DNA of 64,000 nt. Origin: Candidatus Latescibacterota bacterium (GTDB lineage: Bacteria; Latescibacterota; UBA2968; GCA-2709665). Positions 19,081 through 28,666 of the stretch are shown piece after piece. Under the pieces are notes generated by a model. The model was not told the origin of the DNA. It saw only the letters and a list, made by a program, of their open reading frames with translations, and did not search any database. How positions within the stretch are numbered: the stretch's first letter is position 1; every line of letters starts with the position of its first letter. Position numbers and translations under genes: made by a program. The stretch is from assembly GCA_965116875.1 (NCBI GenBank), contig OZ220733.1, forward strand, positions 3,968,001 through 4,032,000, given 5' to 3'.

Positions 19081-22000
19081 TCACGCGCGCGACCGCGGTC
19101 CGCCGTCGGGGGCGTCGGCTCCCCGTTGCCAGTGACCCCAACCGAAGATTCGGAATCGGTCCACGCCCGGGTGCAGCGCTGAAAGGGCGATCTCGTCGCC
19201 CGCGGACAAGTCTTGCCCGTCGTGAAGCTTCAGGCCGTGTCGGGTACGGATGCGGGTGTCCCGTTCGTCCACGATGTCCTCGGAGACCAGGCCGTCCAAA
19301 CGCTGGAGAAAGGCAAGGCTTCGATCCGACACTGTCTTGAAGACGTTAAGGTTGTTTTCCTTGCCCTGGATCACCGGGGGAGGCTCCACCCAGGCGCACC
19401 CGTCTTCCACCGCGGTGACAACCAGATAACCCGTCGCCAGGTGGGGAAAGCCGTCCAGATGCAGGACAAACCCGTCGTCGGTATTCCTTCTGACGGAAGC
19501 GATGGTATAGGCGGAGGCGCGTTCGCGATGGCGAATGGTAACGGTTTTGCTCAATAGGGCATCGGGACAGGCAATATCGACGTCGGGTCGAATCGTCAAC
19601 GTTTTCCCGACGTCGTCGAATCCGGTCAGCAGTCCCTCGACCGTAGGGAAGGGTTCGATCCTGCGGCCGCCGGCGCCGGCGAAGGTGCCGCCGATAAGTG
19701 CGAGCGTACGCAGACCATCTGCATCGAATGACGCGAACGCGAATTCTCCGTCGCTGCGCAGTCTGCGGCCGTTACCGGCGATTTCACGCGTTGCGCCGGA
19801 CGAATTGCTCAGGATCAGATCCGTTGATCCGTTGCGCGTTACCAGTATACCGGCGCCCTCCGGGTGGTTGCATGGCAGGTGTCTGACCTGTTCGATGAAC
19901 GGGTCCCTGCGGTACGGTTCGTGGACGGCCAGAAACGTGTTTGGGCGGCGACGGTTCCTGCGGCGGACGGTGACCACCTTCATCTGATCTCCCATGTCCC
20001 GGTTGTCCAGCCAGCGCTGCGCGGGGCCGGTGCCCGCAATGATCTCGGTTCCGGGCGTGTCGAGCATGTGAAGCTTCAGGAAGGCTTCCGGATCGATCTC
20101 GGGAGAACCGTCCGGGTTCGGATATTCGGTAACGTCACCCCATGTAGCGGTCCACGGCCCGGTGCTCTGGCCGGTGCTGAGACGGGTAACGCGCTGGGTG
20201 CCCCACCTGGCGCCGGCCCGGGGCGTGCGACGTGCGGGCGTGAAAGTAAAGCCGCTGTAATCGTAGAGTGATTCCGCCGGGTCGGTCCGATCGTCGAGCC
20301 TGACGCCTTCGACGGAAAAACGATGCCCGTTGCCGTGGAACGTCCAGTCGTGTATGTGCCCGCCCCCGACCCGGAAGACGTCGACAACGTAGGCGTTCCG
20401 TGAGTCGCAGTCAATGAGAGCGACCGTGCGCTGATAACGGCCTGTCCCCGGCACTTTGGCGAGTTCGTCTGCGTCCTCCTCGGCGGCATCCACCGCTTTG
20501 AGGCCGGGTAGATCGAAAAAGAAACGGAGGTCCCCACGCAGGTTGTCGGTACCCATCGGGTCGCCGTCACGGGTGCGGATGGCCACGGAATTGTGGGCGG
20601 GAAAGGTCTTGATCCAGTCAACCGTCATAAAGTGGGTAGATCCCATGTATCCGAGGTCGGTTGCCATCTCGTGACCCACGGCGAAGAGTGTGAGGTTGAG
20701 CGGCGCCATGTGGTAATGGCCGACACGTTCCGTGTAATCGAGGGAGACCATGCGGGAATGGTCACCCTCTCCGCTGCGGAGGACGGCCTTGCGGTTCTGG
20801 CCCAGAAGGTGGGACGGAAGCGGCATGGGGAGTTTCAGAGAGACAACGGGATCGCCCGTGGGGTCGATGTTCAGATAATTCCGGTAGGCATCCGGTATAC
20901 CGCCGCCGAGAGTTTCAGCCAGCGCGAGCTGTTCAACGGGCATTGCGGCTGAGATCACAGAGTCTTCCCAGGCAATGGGTCGACCGTCGGGGAAGCCCGT
21001 TTTGAGGTATTGACCAAGACCGTGCTTGAATACGGGCATGGAAAAAAGGTTGATCCCGTTTCGCTCGCCGTCGTAATAGGGGGCGGCCCGATCGAATGCG
21101 CCCTGCTGCCCGTGGCAGGCGGCCATTACGCTTGAGATGCCCCAACTGGTGTAGGACGGAGAGCCCTCCTTGCCCAGACCGTCACCGGTGAAGAAATTAT
21201 GCAGAAAGTAGGCAATGTCCCTGGCCACGTTTTCGATGATCCGTTCGTCGCCGACAATGCGCCCCAGTTGCAGCCTGGGCATCTGCGTGGAACTGGAAAG
21301 GTTGTCCGCCCCTGAGACGAGCGCGTAAGGGTGCAGTGTATATTCCAGAATACCGCGTTTGAGTATTCCGCCGGAGGCCTGCAATTTCAGGGAATCGCCT
21401 TCGGCGGACGTCAGGATGCGCAGTGCGGCCGTTTTCAGGTCGGACTCGGGGTCGTCGAATGATTCGGCAATCAGGCTGTACCCCACCAGGAGATCCTGGC
21501 CCAGGCTGGCTTTCCAGTTCCACAGGCCGGGAAAAATGGAAGCGGCTCTCGTGCCGTACCGGTCTCCGGGTCCGTTCAAAGGGCGTTTCGGGTCGCCCTC
21601 AATATGATCGAATGGGGCGTAGAGGCGGTATCCGGGATAGATCCTGGCAGGTGCGTCATTCTCGTAAAAATCAGCGAGACGTGCTTGCAGACTCGTTTCG
21701 GACGTGCCCAGAAGTGCGGCAAGATAGGCGTCACCCAGGAAGGCTCTGGAAAGCGTAACCAGCAGGACCCGGCCTTTGCGCGCGTGTCTTTCCGCCGTAT
21801 CGGAGTCCGACCTCAGCCTTGCGGCGTGGAAGGCTTCACCCAGACGATGGAGGACGTTACCGGATAGCTCCCGCAGAGAATTCATCCAGCAGAGGGCTTT
21901 GAAATAAAAAGCGTTGGTGGGTTCGACGTAACCGTGGGCTTCTCCGTCCCAATGGTCCCAGGGGATGCCGTCGTGCGCCAGGCTCCAGGCCTCGTCGTGG

Positions 22001-22431
22001 TCCTCGCGCCACACATCGTTGGTGGGAAAGCAGCCGTCCCCGTCGTCCGGGTACCGGGGGTTGGGATAGGCAGGGTATTCACGGCCGTCCCTCCTGCAGT
22101 ACGGGCAGTAGAGGTGCCAGGGATCGTCGAGGGACCAGTCGAAGTAGCTGTAATACCGTACACGGAACGGATGGATGGGACATGCGCAGGTATAGATGCC
22201 GCGAGGCTCACGATGCCAGATGGTATCCAGGTACCAGGCATCGGACTTGCCGGACCATTTTTCGGCCAGGGCAAGTGACCTGTCAGCCCACGATCGGACC
22301 TCCTCGTCTCCGGCCGCGTACCGGCTGCGGATCTCTTCGATGGTACGCGTGCCGATCCAGACGTGGGGCCGGTCGGGAAACGCGACAACCCGGTGCCCCT
22401 TGGCTTCCGGTGGCGTCCAGGAAGGACTCAC
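19081..22431 (-). CDS. Heparinase II/III-like protein (1116 aa)
   Basis: DGLGKEGSPSY, GHYHMAPLNLTLFA..DLGY, AHNSV, YQRTVALI, YVVDVFRVGGG..HDW are typical of the family's C-terminal domain. Confidence 0.75.
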   Translation of the reverse strand: MSPSWTPPEAKGHRVVAFPDRPHVWIGTRTIEEIRSRYAAGDEEVRSWADRSLALAEKWSGKSDAWYLDTIWHREPRGIYTCACPIHPFRVRYYSYFDWSLDDPWHLYCPYCRRDGREYPAYPNPRYPDDGDGCFPTNDVWREDHDEAWSLAHDGIPWDHWDGEAHGYVEPTNAFYFKALCWMNSLRELSGNVLHRLGEAFHAARLRSDSDTAERHARKGRVLLVTLSRAFLGDAYLAALLGTSETSLQARLADFYENDAPARIYPGYRLYAPFDHIEGDPKRPLNGPGDRYGTRAASIFPGLWNWKASLGQDLLVGYSLIAESFDDPESDLKTAALRILTSAEGDSLKLQASGGILKRGILEYTLHPYALVSGADNLSSSTQMPRLQLGRIVGDERIIENVARDIAYFLHNFFTGDGLGKEGSPSYTSWGISSVMAACHGQQGAFDRAAPYYDGERNGINLFSMPVFKHGLGQYLKTGFPDGRPIAWEDSVISAAMPVEQLALAETLGGGIPDAYRNYLNIDPTGDPVVSLKLPMPLPSHLLGQNRKAVLRSGEGDHSRMVSLDYTERVGHYHMAPLNLTLFAVGHEMATDLGYMGSTHFMTVDWIKTFPAHNSVAIRTRDGDPMGTDNLRGDLRFFFDLPGLKAVDAAEEDADELAKVPGTGRYQRTVALIDCDSRNAYVVDVFRVGGGHIHDWTFHGNGHRFSVEGVRLDDRTDPAESLYDYSGFTFTPARRTPRAGARWGTQRVTRLSTGQSTGPWTATWGDVTEYPNPDGSPEIDPEAFLKLHMLDTPGTEIIAGTGPAQRWLDNRDMGDQMKVVTVRRRNRRRPNTFLAVHEPYRRDPFIEQVRHLPCNHPEGAGILVTRNGSTDLILSNSSGATREIAGNGRRLRSDGEFAFASFDADGLRTLALIGGTFAGAGGRRIEPFPTVEGLLTGFDDVGKTLTIRPDVDIACPDALLSKTVTIRHRERASAYTIASVRRNTDDGFVLHLDGFPHLATGYLVVTAVEDGCAWVEPPPVIQGKENNLNVFKTVSDRSLAFLQRLDGLVSEDIVDERDTRIRTRHGLKLHDGQDLSAGDEIALSALHPGVDRFRIFGWGHWQRGADAPDGGPRSRA

Positions 22432-22497
22432 TGGCAGTCAATCTCCATTCGAGTTTTCAGGAACGGCGTCGCGGACCCTCGGCCGTGCGCACCCAAC

Positions 22498-23793
22498 TCA
22501 GGTATCACCGTCCGCCGCGATTGCCGCGAGGCGCTCGCCGTGATTCGCTACCTTTGAAAAGGCCGCGGCAACCTGGTCCACCCACGCCGGGCTGGGGTCG
22601 ACCGGCGTGGACAGCCAGAAACATGAATCATGGATGCGTTCGCTGACCGGCAGATCACCGCGGGAATATTGGATTCGGGTGTCAGGAGGAAGGTCGCCCC
22701 ACGGACCGCCCAGATCGTCGAACGGGAAATCGTTGAAGAGCGGCTCCAGGTGCATCGCGCCGTAGCCGAAGGGCGTAATCGCCGGCGTGGTGGGCACGCC
22801 CTCCGCCACGAGCGCTTTCAGGATGGCGGGTACCGGCGCGCCGATTTCCCGTGCATCGATCGTGCCGGTGTACAGGAGGAGTCCGCCCCGCACCGCCTCA
22901 GGGTAGGTCTCCTGCGGGTATATGCCCGGTACGGATTTCAACCGTCTGCTCAGCCGGTTGAACCAGGCGCGCCTCTTCTCGTTCAGTCCGGGCAGCCGTT
23001 CAAGCTGCGCCCGCGCCATGGCGAGGCCCAGCGGGTTCGCCCGGTACTTGATGCCCAGGCCCATGTTGCGAAGGTCCCGGAATCTGTCGGTGACAAACGC
23101 ATTCTCACATCTTCCGTAGTGTCCCAGGGCCAGCATCCGGTCGTAGAGGTCTTCGTCATCGGTCACGACAACGCCGGCTTCGATCCCGGTGACCGGCTTG
23201 CTCCCCTGCAGGCTGAAACAGCCGACGTGGCCGAGAGAGCCTACCGGCCTGCCGTTCCAGAGGGCGCCGTGCGCGTGCGATGCGTCTTCGATCAGCGTAA
23301 GTTCCGTTCCGTCTACGAGATCCCGGAAAGCGTCCATTTGTGCGGGGTTGCCGTATACGTGGGTTACGATGATCGCGCACGTGTTCTCCGTGATCCGGCT
23401 CTCGGCATCCCGGGGGTCCGCGCAGAAGGTACCTGGGTCCGCGTCGCAGAACACCGGCGTTGCGCCGCAGTGCAGAATCGGCGTGATGCTGGCGTGCCAC
23501 GTGACGGAGGGCACGATCACCTCCTTGCCGATGCGGGCGCCGGATGCGAAGACAGCGGAGTGCAGGGCCGACGTCCCGTTGCACGTGGCAATGGCGAACC
23601 TCGATCCGGTGAATGCGCGGAATTCTTCCTGAAAACCGTCGATCTGGGAATAGGAATCGCCCAAACCGCCTTCCAGCACGTTCATTACGGATTGTTTCTC
23701 CAGGTCGGTGACAGCTTTCCAGCCGTCACTCTGAGGTTCGGTCACGGCCCGTGGGCCGCCATCCAGCGCCAGGTCGGATTCAGGCATGACCAT
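22498..23793 (-). CDS. DegT/DnrJ/EryC1/StrS PLP-dependent aminotransferase
   Basis: NGTSALH, EDASHAHGA, FSLQGSK (PLP lysine); RBS GGGAG before ATG 23793. Confidence 0.92.
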   Translation of the reverse strand: MVMPESDLALDGGPRAVTEPQSDGWKAVTDLEKQSVMNVLEGGLGDSYSQIDGFQEEFRAFTGSRFAIATCNGTSALHSAVFASGARIGKEVIVPSVTWHASITPILHCGATPVFCDADPGTFCADPRDAESRITENTCAIIVTHVYGNPAQMDAFRDLVDGTELTLIEDASHAHGALWNGRPVGSLGHVGCFSLQGSKPVTGIEAGVVVTDDEDLYDRMLALGHYGRCENAFVTDRFRDLRNMGLGIKYRANPLGLAMARAQLERLPGLNEKRRAWFNRLSRRLKSVPGIYPQETYPEAVRGGLLLYTGTIDAREIGAPVPAILKALVAEGVPTTPAITPFGYGAMHLEPLFNDFPFDDLGGPWGDLPPDTRIQYSRGDLPVSERIHDSCFWLSTPVDPSPAWVDQVAAAFSKVANHGERLAAIAADGDT

Positions 23794-23935
23794 TCTTCTC
23801 CCGTAAATGCGGTCTCGTGAATCGCCGCGGTTCAATCGTGCGCGCCCCAATGAAACCCGTAGAGCGCTGTTCGCAGGAAACAGGCCGTCTGCGCCGGGTC
23901 TTCGTTATGAAGACGGCGGCGTTCAAACGCGTTGC

Positions 23936-23964
23936 AACATAGCATGTGCTGCGGGGATTGTCAA
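23936..23964 (-). promoter_or_regulatory. Sigma70-type promoter for the minus-strand DegT run
   Basis: Minus strand TTGACA (23964-23959), 17-nt spacer ending TGC, then TATGTT (extended -10). Confidence 0.65.
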
Positions 23965-23987
23965 AGCGGAAGGCGACCCGTCGAGGC

Positions 23988-24016
23988 TTGACAGCCGTAC
24001 CGGTGTACGTTATATA
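23988..24016 (+). promoter_or_regulatory. Sigma70-type promoter for rhodanese-mauE
   Basis: TTGACA (23988-23993), 17 nt, TATATA (24011-24016); back-to-back with the minus-strand promoter. Confidence 0.55.
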
Positions 24017-24051
24017 TAGACCGTACGATTCATCCACGGGAGGCCGTTCTG

Positions 24052-24552
24052 ATGGTACGATTCCGTCTTGCATTTAGGGCGGTGGCTATTCTGCTGTTTG
24101 GATCGGTCGCGGGCCTTGGCTACAACGCCATGTCCGCTTCCGGCATTCCGCTTCAGACGCCCAAAGACGTGACGCAGGCCGAGCAAGTGAACTGGAGCCT
24201 GTACCTCGAGGGAATCCGGGCGAGTCTTGCCGACGCGAAAGCGGCTTACGACACCGGTTCCGCGTTATTTCTGGATGCACGCATGCCGCGCGCCTATGCC
24301 GCGGGACACATACCCGGTGCGGTGAACCTGACGCCGCACGAACTGAATCAGCACGGCAGGAAAAAGCTCCACGGTGTACCCCGGGACGCGCAGATCATCA
24401 CCTACTGCGGCGGAGCCCGGTGCCAGGCCAGCGTCAGGCTGGCGCACCTGCTCACGAACGGCTTCGGGTTCAGGCGCGTGCAGGCGTTCTTCGATGGGTG
24501 GAGTGCATGGGCAGGCGCGGGATATCCGGTGGCGAAGGGGGTGGACCCGTGA
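24052..24552 (+). CDS. Membrane-anchored rhodanese-domain protein
   Basis: N-terminal TM, FLDAR..YAAGHIPGAVNL, active loop YCGGARC, GWSAW..AGYP. Confidence 0.88.
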   Translation: MVRFRLAFRAVAILLFGSVAGLGYNAMSASGIPLQTPKDVTQAEQVNWSLYLEGIRASLADAKAAYDTGSALFLDARMPRAYAAGHIPGAVNLTPHELNQHGRKKLHGVPRDAQIITYCGGARCQASVRLAHLLTNGFGFRRVQAFFDGWSAWAGAGYPVAKGVDP

Positions 24553-25007
24553 ATCAGGTCCGGTACGGAATCCCGGTCGTCCTGCGGCTCGTGCTTGGCG
24601 GAGTGCTGATGTGGGCGGGTCTGGCCAAAGTGTCGGAGCCGGCGCTGTTTGCAATGACGGTCCGCGCGTATAACGTGCTACCGAATGCGTTCATCAACGG
24701 CTTCGCCGTTGTCGTGCCATGGATGGAAATCGCCGCTGGCGCATGCCTGCTGGCGGGTTTCTGGTCGAGGAGCGGCTCGCTTGCCGCTCTCGCGCTGCTA
24801 TCGTCGTTCGGCGTCGCCATCGCGGTGAACATCTTCAGAGGCGCGAATCTCGACTGCGGCTGCTTCGGTCTGGACGGCACACGCGGCTCGCTCCATGCGG
24901 CGCTGGTGCAGGACCTCCTGCTGATCGCGTGTTCGCTGATATTGTTGTTTGTGCGCAATATGCCGCTATCGCTGGATCGGTGTCTCTTCAGGACTGCCGA
25001 ACGGTAG
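24549..25007 (+). CDS. MauE/DoxX family redox-associated membrane protein
   Basis: RLVLGG..AGLAK, PWMEI, DCGCFG; GTG start overlaps the rhodanese stop (GTGA). Confidence 0.88.
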   Translation: MNQVRYGIPVVLRLVLGGVLMWAGLAKVSEPALFAMTVRAYNVLPNAFINGFAVVVPWMEIAAGACLLAGFWSRSGSLAALALLSSFGVAIAVNIFRGANLDCGCFGLDGTRGSLHAALVQDLLLIACSLILLFVRNMPLSLDRCLFRTAER

Positions 25008-25094
25008 CGGCGCGATTCGTTTCACTTCCATATTGTCTGTTTTGGCGTTTTCAGGAGCGGCGCCGTTTTGCTACGGTTCCGCCTTTCTGATTTA

Positions 25095-25258
25095 AGAAGC
25101 TGTTTTAAAATTCCCAGCGGTCTTCGCGCGGCTGCAAAAGCGCCGGTCGGCGTTGGTCAAATCCATCCGTATAGACAAATATGGGCGAATTTTCCCGCCT
25201 TGACCGCCACTTTTTCGCTCGCGCTCGGGAACTCGCCGGTAATTTTAAAACAGCTTCT
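25095..25258. mobile_element. 164-bp MITE-like element, copy 1
   Basis: Perfect 18-bp terminal inverted repeats AGAAGCTGTTTTAAAATT / AATTTTAAAACAGCTTCT; near-identical copy at 34839-35002. Confidence 0.85.
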
Positions 25259-25283
25259 CAGGTCGTCAGGATTATCCTTTCCA

Positions 25284-28200
25284 GTGGAACTGACCACGAG
25301 ATATCTCTGCATCGCGCTTGTACTCTTCGGCCTGTCGGCCGGATGCGAATCCGACCTCCCATCGCCGGGCAGCGAGGCATACCGGCAGGCGGTTGCCGAT
25401 TTCTATACCGGCCTGGCGGCCCTGGACGTGGGGGCTCACGAACGGGCCGCCGCCGCGCTGACCCGGATGACCGAAATGATCCCCGGCGAGCCCGCGGGGT
25501 GGGCGAATCTGGCCCTGCTGCAGTTCTCGCTGGGCAGGGATGAAGAAGCGATCAGATCGATGGAGCGCGCACAGGGACTCGCGCCGGAGAACGCTGAGTT
25601 CGCACTTTCGATGGGGACATTCGAGAGCCGCCGAGGCCGCGTGGATGAAGCGGTTTTTCACCTTCGGCGTGCATCGAGCCTGGCCGGCCCGGGTCACCTC
25701 AAGGCAGGCTACGCGCTGGCGCGTGAACTGGAACGGAAAGGAGATACGGCGGGTGCGGTTGACGTGGTGGTGGGTTTGCTCGGCGAGGCGCCGGAGAACC
25801 AGGCGCTCCTGCTCGAACGGATCCGGCTGGCGGCAAAGGCGCAGGATTCCGAAGGGATGAGAAAGTCTGTTTCGCGGATCGCCCAACGGACCGACGGATG
25901 GCCGGAAGCGGCGAGAGAACAGTTGCAGGCGCTGGCGAATGCGGAATCGGACTTCAGGCTCGCCGCGAGGCACGCGGCATTCCTGCACAACGCGCTGCTG
26001 CGAACGCCGGTTTTCCGCCGGGACATGAGTCGGGTGCGTCTCCCCGCGCAGGCGGCGGGAGAACCGGTGCGGCGGTTCGTGAAGATGCGAAGTCCGTCCG
26101 CGGATCCGGCGCCGGCGGATACCTCGCTCTCTTTCGTTTCGGAGAACATTGACCGCGTTTCAGGCGGTACCATGCTTGGCATCGCCTGGGCGGATACGCC
26201 GGTCGCGCTGATGGCTGCGGAGGGTTCCGTCCGCTGGCTGGACTCCTCGGGAGGAACCGTACCAACGCCCGCATCCGGCGGTGTCGGCGAGCGCGGTCTG
26301 CTGTCCGTGGACTGGAACAACGACTTTGAAATGGATCTGGTTGTTGCGGGCGGTGGCGGCGTTCGTCTGTACCGACAGGGCGGCGACGGAGCGCTGTCGG
26401 ACGCGACCGGCGGCGCCGGGCTCGACCCGGAGGTGACAACGGCATCCTATGAGGGCGCGTGGCCGGCAGACATTGAAATGGACGGGGACCTGGATCTTGT
26501 GCTTGGAGGTCCGGAAAAATGCCTGGTCTTGCGCAACAACGGCGACGGTACGTTTGCGGTCGTCCGGCCCTTCGACCGTGTATCGGGCATGCGGGACTTC
26601 GAATGGACGGATCTCGACGGCGACGGCGTTCCCGATGCGGCGATGGTGGACGACGGGGGCCGGTTGGTTGTCTTTCTCAATGAGCGAAGCGGGTCGTTCG
26701 AGCGTTCGTACGAAGGTCCGGACCAGGCGGATGCGCTTGCGTCCGGGGACGTGGACGGCGACGGCAGCCTGGACCTGTTGATCCTGAACAGGCGAGGCGG
26801 CGTATCGTCGATATCGCGCCGCGATGGCCGCTGGGACGTCCGTGAGCTGGTCAGCACGGTGGATCTTGCAACGACGGCGCGTCTGTTTCTGGCCGATCTC
26901 GACAACAACGGACAACTGGACCTGGTCGCCAGCGGCGAGGCGGAAGGGGTTTACTGGCTGGGGGATACGGGGAATTCCTGGCGTCGCAATGCCCTGCCGG
27001 ACGGCGTTCGGGTCTTCGAGATTTCGGACATGAACGGTGACGGACGCCTCGACCTGCTGGGGCTTTCCGAAGACGGGGCGCCGCGGCTGCTCGTGAACCG
27101 GGGCAACCGGAATTACCACTGGCAGGTCGTACGGCCGCGGGTGAGGGCGGTCCGGGGGGACGGGAGGATCAACTCATATGCCCTGGGCGGGGAGGTGTTG
27201 CTGCGTTCCGGTCTTCTGGCGCAGCGCCGTGCGATCCGGGCGCCTGTGGTTCATTTCGGTTTGGGCGAATACGATCTGGCGGACGTGGTGCGGGTGCAGT
27301 GGCCGAACGGTACCGTTCAGGCGGAGTTCGAACTGGCGGCCGACCAGACGATTCTGGCACAGCAGCGTCTGAAAGGGTCCTGCCCCTGGGTGTTCGCCTT
27401 CGATGGCAAAGAAATGGCCTTCATTAAGGACTTTCTCTGGCGGTCGCCGCTTGGGATGCGGATCAACGCGCAGGTGACGGCGGGGGTGTCTCAGACGGAG
27501 GACTGGATCCTGATCCGGGGAGAGGAACTGGCGTCACGGGATGGGTTCTACGATATCCGCATCACCTCCGAACTGTGGGAAACCCAGTTCGTGGACTGGG
27601 TCGAGTTGATGGTCGTGGACCATCCGCCGGACATCACCGTATTTGTGGACGAACGGTTTGCGATGCAGCAACCGGAATTGAAGGTGATTGCAACGGGAAC
27701 GCCTGTGGCCGTCCACGCGGCGCGGGACGACGCGGGGCGGGACGTCTCGGCAACGGTTAACGCAAGGGACATGCGCTACCTCGACACGTTCGCTGTGGGA
27801 AGATACCAGGGTGTCGCTGCCGATCACTGGGTTGAATTCGATTTGCCCCACGCGGCGGAAAGCGGCGGAGGGTGGCTGATCGGTCACGGATGGATCTATC
27901 CGACGGACAGTTCGATCAACGTCGCGATGGGGCATGGCGCGGATGTAAGACCCCGGGGGCTGCGGCTGGACGCGCTCCGAAGCGACGGCGCGTGGGAATC
28001 CGTGAAACCGGACCTCGGCTTTCCCGCCGGCAAGTTCAAGACGATCGCGATCGACCTGGCGGGCGTGGCGTCCACACGGTTGCGCCTTCGCACGAACCTC
28101 GAGATCTACTGGGACTGGCTGGCGTGGGCAGCGCGCGCAGACGGAGCGCGGGTGAGGACGCGTCGGGTCGGATCCCGGACCGCGGCGCTGAGGGGCCGTG

Positions 28201-28652
28201 GGTTCTCGAAGATCTCGCATCCGGATCGGCGTTCTCCCGACGTCCCTCTGTATTCCGCGGCCGTAAACACGGCGGCGCGGTGGTGGGACCTGAGGGGATA
28301 CCACACCCGATTCGGGGATGTGCGTCCCCTGCTTGCGGAAGTAGACGACCGGTATGTGATCATGAACGCCGGGGATGAACTTGTGCTGCGCTTCCCCGAT
28401 CCCGGGCCCCCGCCGGACGGCTGGGTGCGGGATTTCGTGCTGATGGGCGACGGCTGGGTGAAGGACGGAGATTACAATACGGCGTTTTCCGAGACGGTGC
28501 TGCCGCTGCCCTCCCACGCGTGGTCGTCGTACGAAACGCCGCCGGGCCGGCTGGAGGAGGACCCCGTCTACCGCCGCAACCCCGCGGACTGGCAGGAATA
28601 CCACACCCGGTACGTCTCGCCGGAGATTTCCGGGATGCACACCGGCAGATAA
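25284..28652 (+). CDS. TPR + FG-GAP/VCBS repeat + ASPIC/UnbV putative lipoprotein
   Basis: Lipobox-like LSAGC; TPR helices; repeated DxDxDGxxD motifs; HFGLG..VRVQWPNG; KGSCP tail domain. Start is uncertain (GTG 25284 chosen because the longer ORF reads through the MITE). Confidence 0.82.
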   Translation: MELTTRYLCIALVLFGLSAGCESDLPSPGSEAYRQAVADFYTGLAALDVGAHERAAAALTRMTEMIPGEPAGWANLALLQFSLGRDEEAIRSMERAQGLAPENAEFALSMGTFESRRGRVDEAVFHLRRASSLAGPGHLKAGYALARELERKGDTAGAVDVVVGLLGEAPENQALLLERIRLAAKAQDSEGMRKSVSRIAQRTDGWPEAAREQLQALANAESDFRLAARHAAFLHNALLRTPVFRRDMSRVRLPAQAAGEPVRRFVKMRSPSADPAPADTSLSFVSENIDRVSGGTMLGIAWADTPVALMAAEGSVRWLDSSGGTVPTPASGGVGERGLLSVDWNNDFEMDLVVAGGGGVRLYRQGGDGALSDATGGAGLDPEVTTASYEGAWPADIEMDGDLDLVLGGPEKCLVLRNNGDGTFAVVRPFDRVSGMRDFEWTDLDGDGVPDAAMVDDGGRLVVFLNERSGSFERSYEGPDQADALASGDVDGDGSLDLLILNRRGGVSSISRRDGRWDVRELVSTVDLATTARLFLADLDNNGQLDLVASGEAEGVYWLGDTGNSWRRNALPDGVRVFEISDMNGDGRLDLLGLSEDGAPRLLVNRGNRNYHWQVVRPRVRAVRGDGRINSYALGGEVLLRSGLLAQRRAIRAPVVHFGLGEYDLADVVRVQWPNGTVQAEFELAADQTILAQQRLKGSCPWVFAFDGKEMAFIKDFLWRSPLGMRINAQVTAGVSQTEDWILIRGEELASRDGFYDIRITSELWETQFVDWVELMVVDHPPDITVFVDERFAMQQPELKVIATGTPVAVHAARDDAGRDVSATVNARDMRYLDTFAVGRYQGVAADHWVEFDLPHAAESGGGWLIGHGWIYPTDSSINVAMGHGADVRPRGLRLDALRSDGAWESVKPDLGFPAGKFKTIAIDLAGVASTRLRLRTNLEIYWDWLAWAARADGARVRTRRVGSRTAALRGRGFSKISHPDRRSPDVPLYSAAVNTAARWWDLRGYHTRFGDVRPLLAEVDDRYVIMNAGDELVLRFPDPGPPPDGWVRDFVLMGDGWVKDGDYNTAFSETVLPLPSHAWSSYETPPGRLEEDPVYRRNPADWQEYHTRYVSPEISGMHTGR

Positions 28653-28666
28653 CCATCGAGTGATCC

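Noticed and set aside
24549-25007. MauE as evidence for a methylamine dehydrogenase (mau) pathway
   Set aside because: No mauA, mauB, mauD or mauG in the window; MauE/DoxX proteins are widespread outside mau clusters.
25068-25283. 72-aa extension of the FG-GAP protein, nearly identical to part of ORF 34728-35132
   Set aside because: It is the translation of the MITE, which happens to be stop-free in that frame; the lipoprotein signal starts after it.
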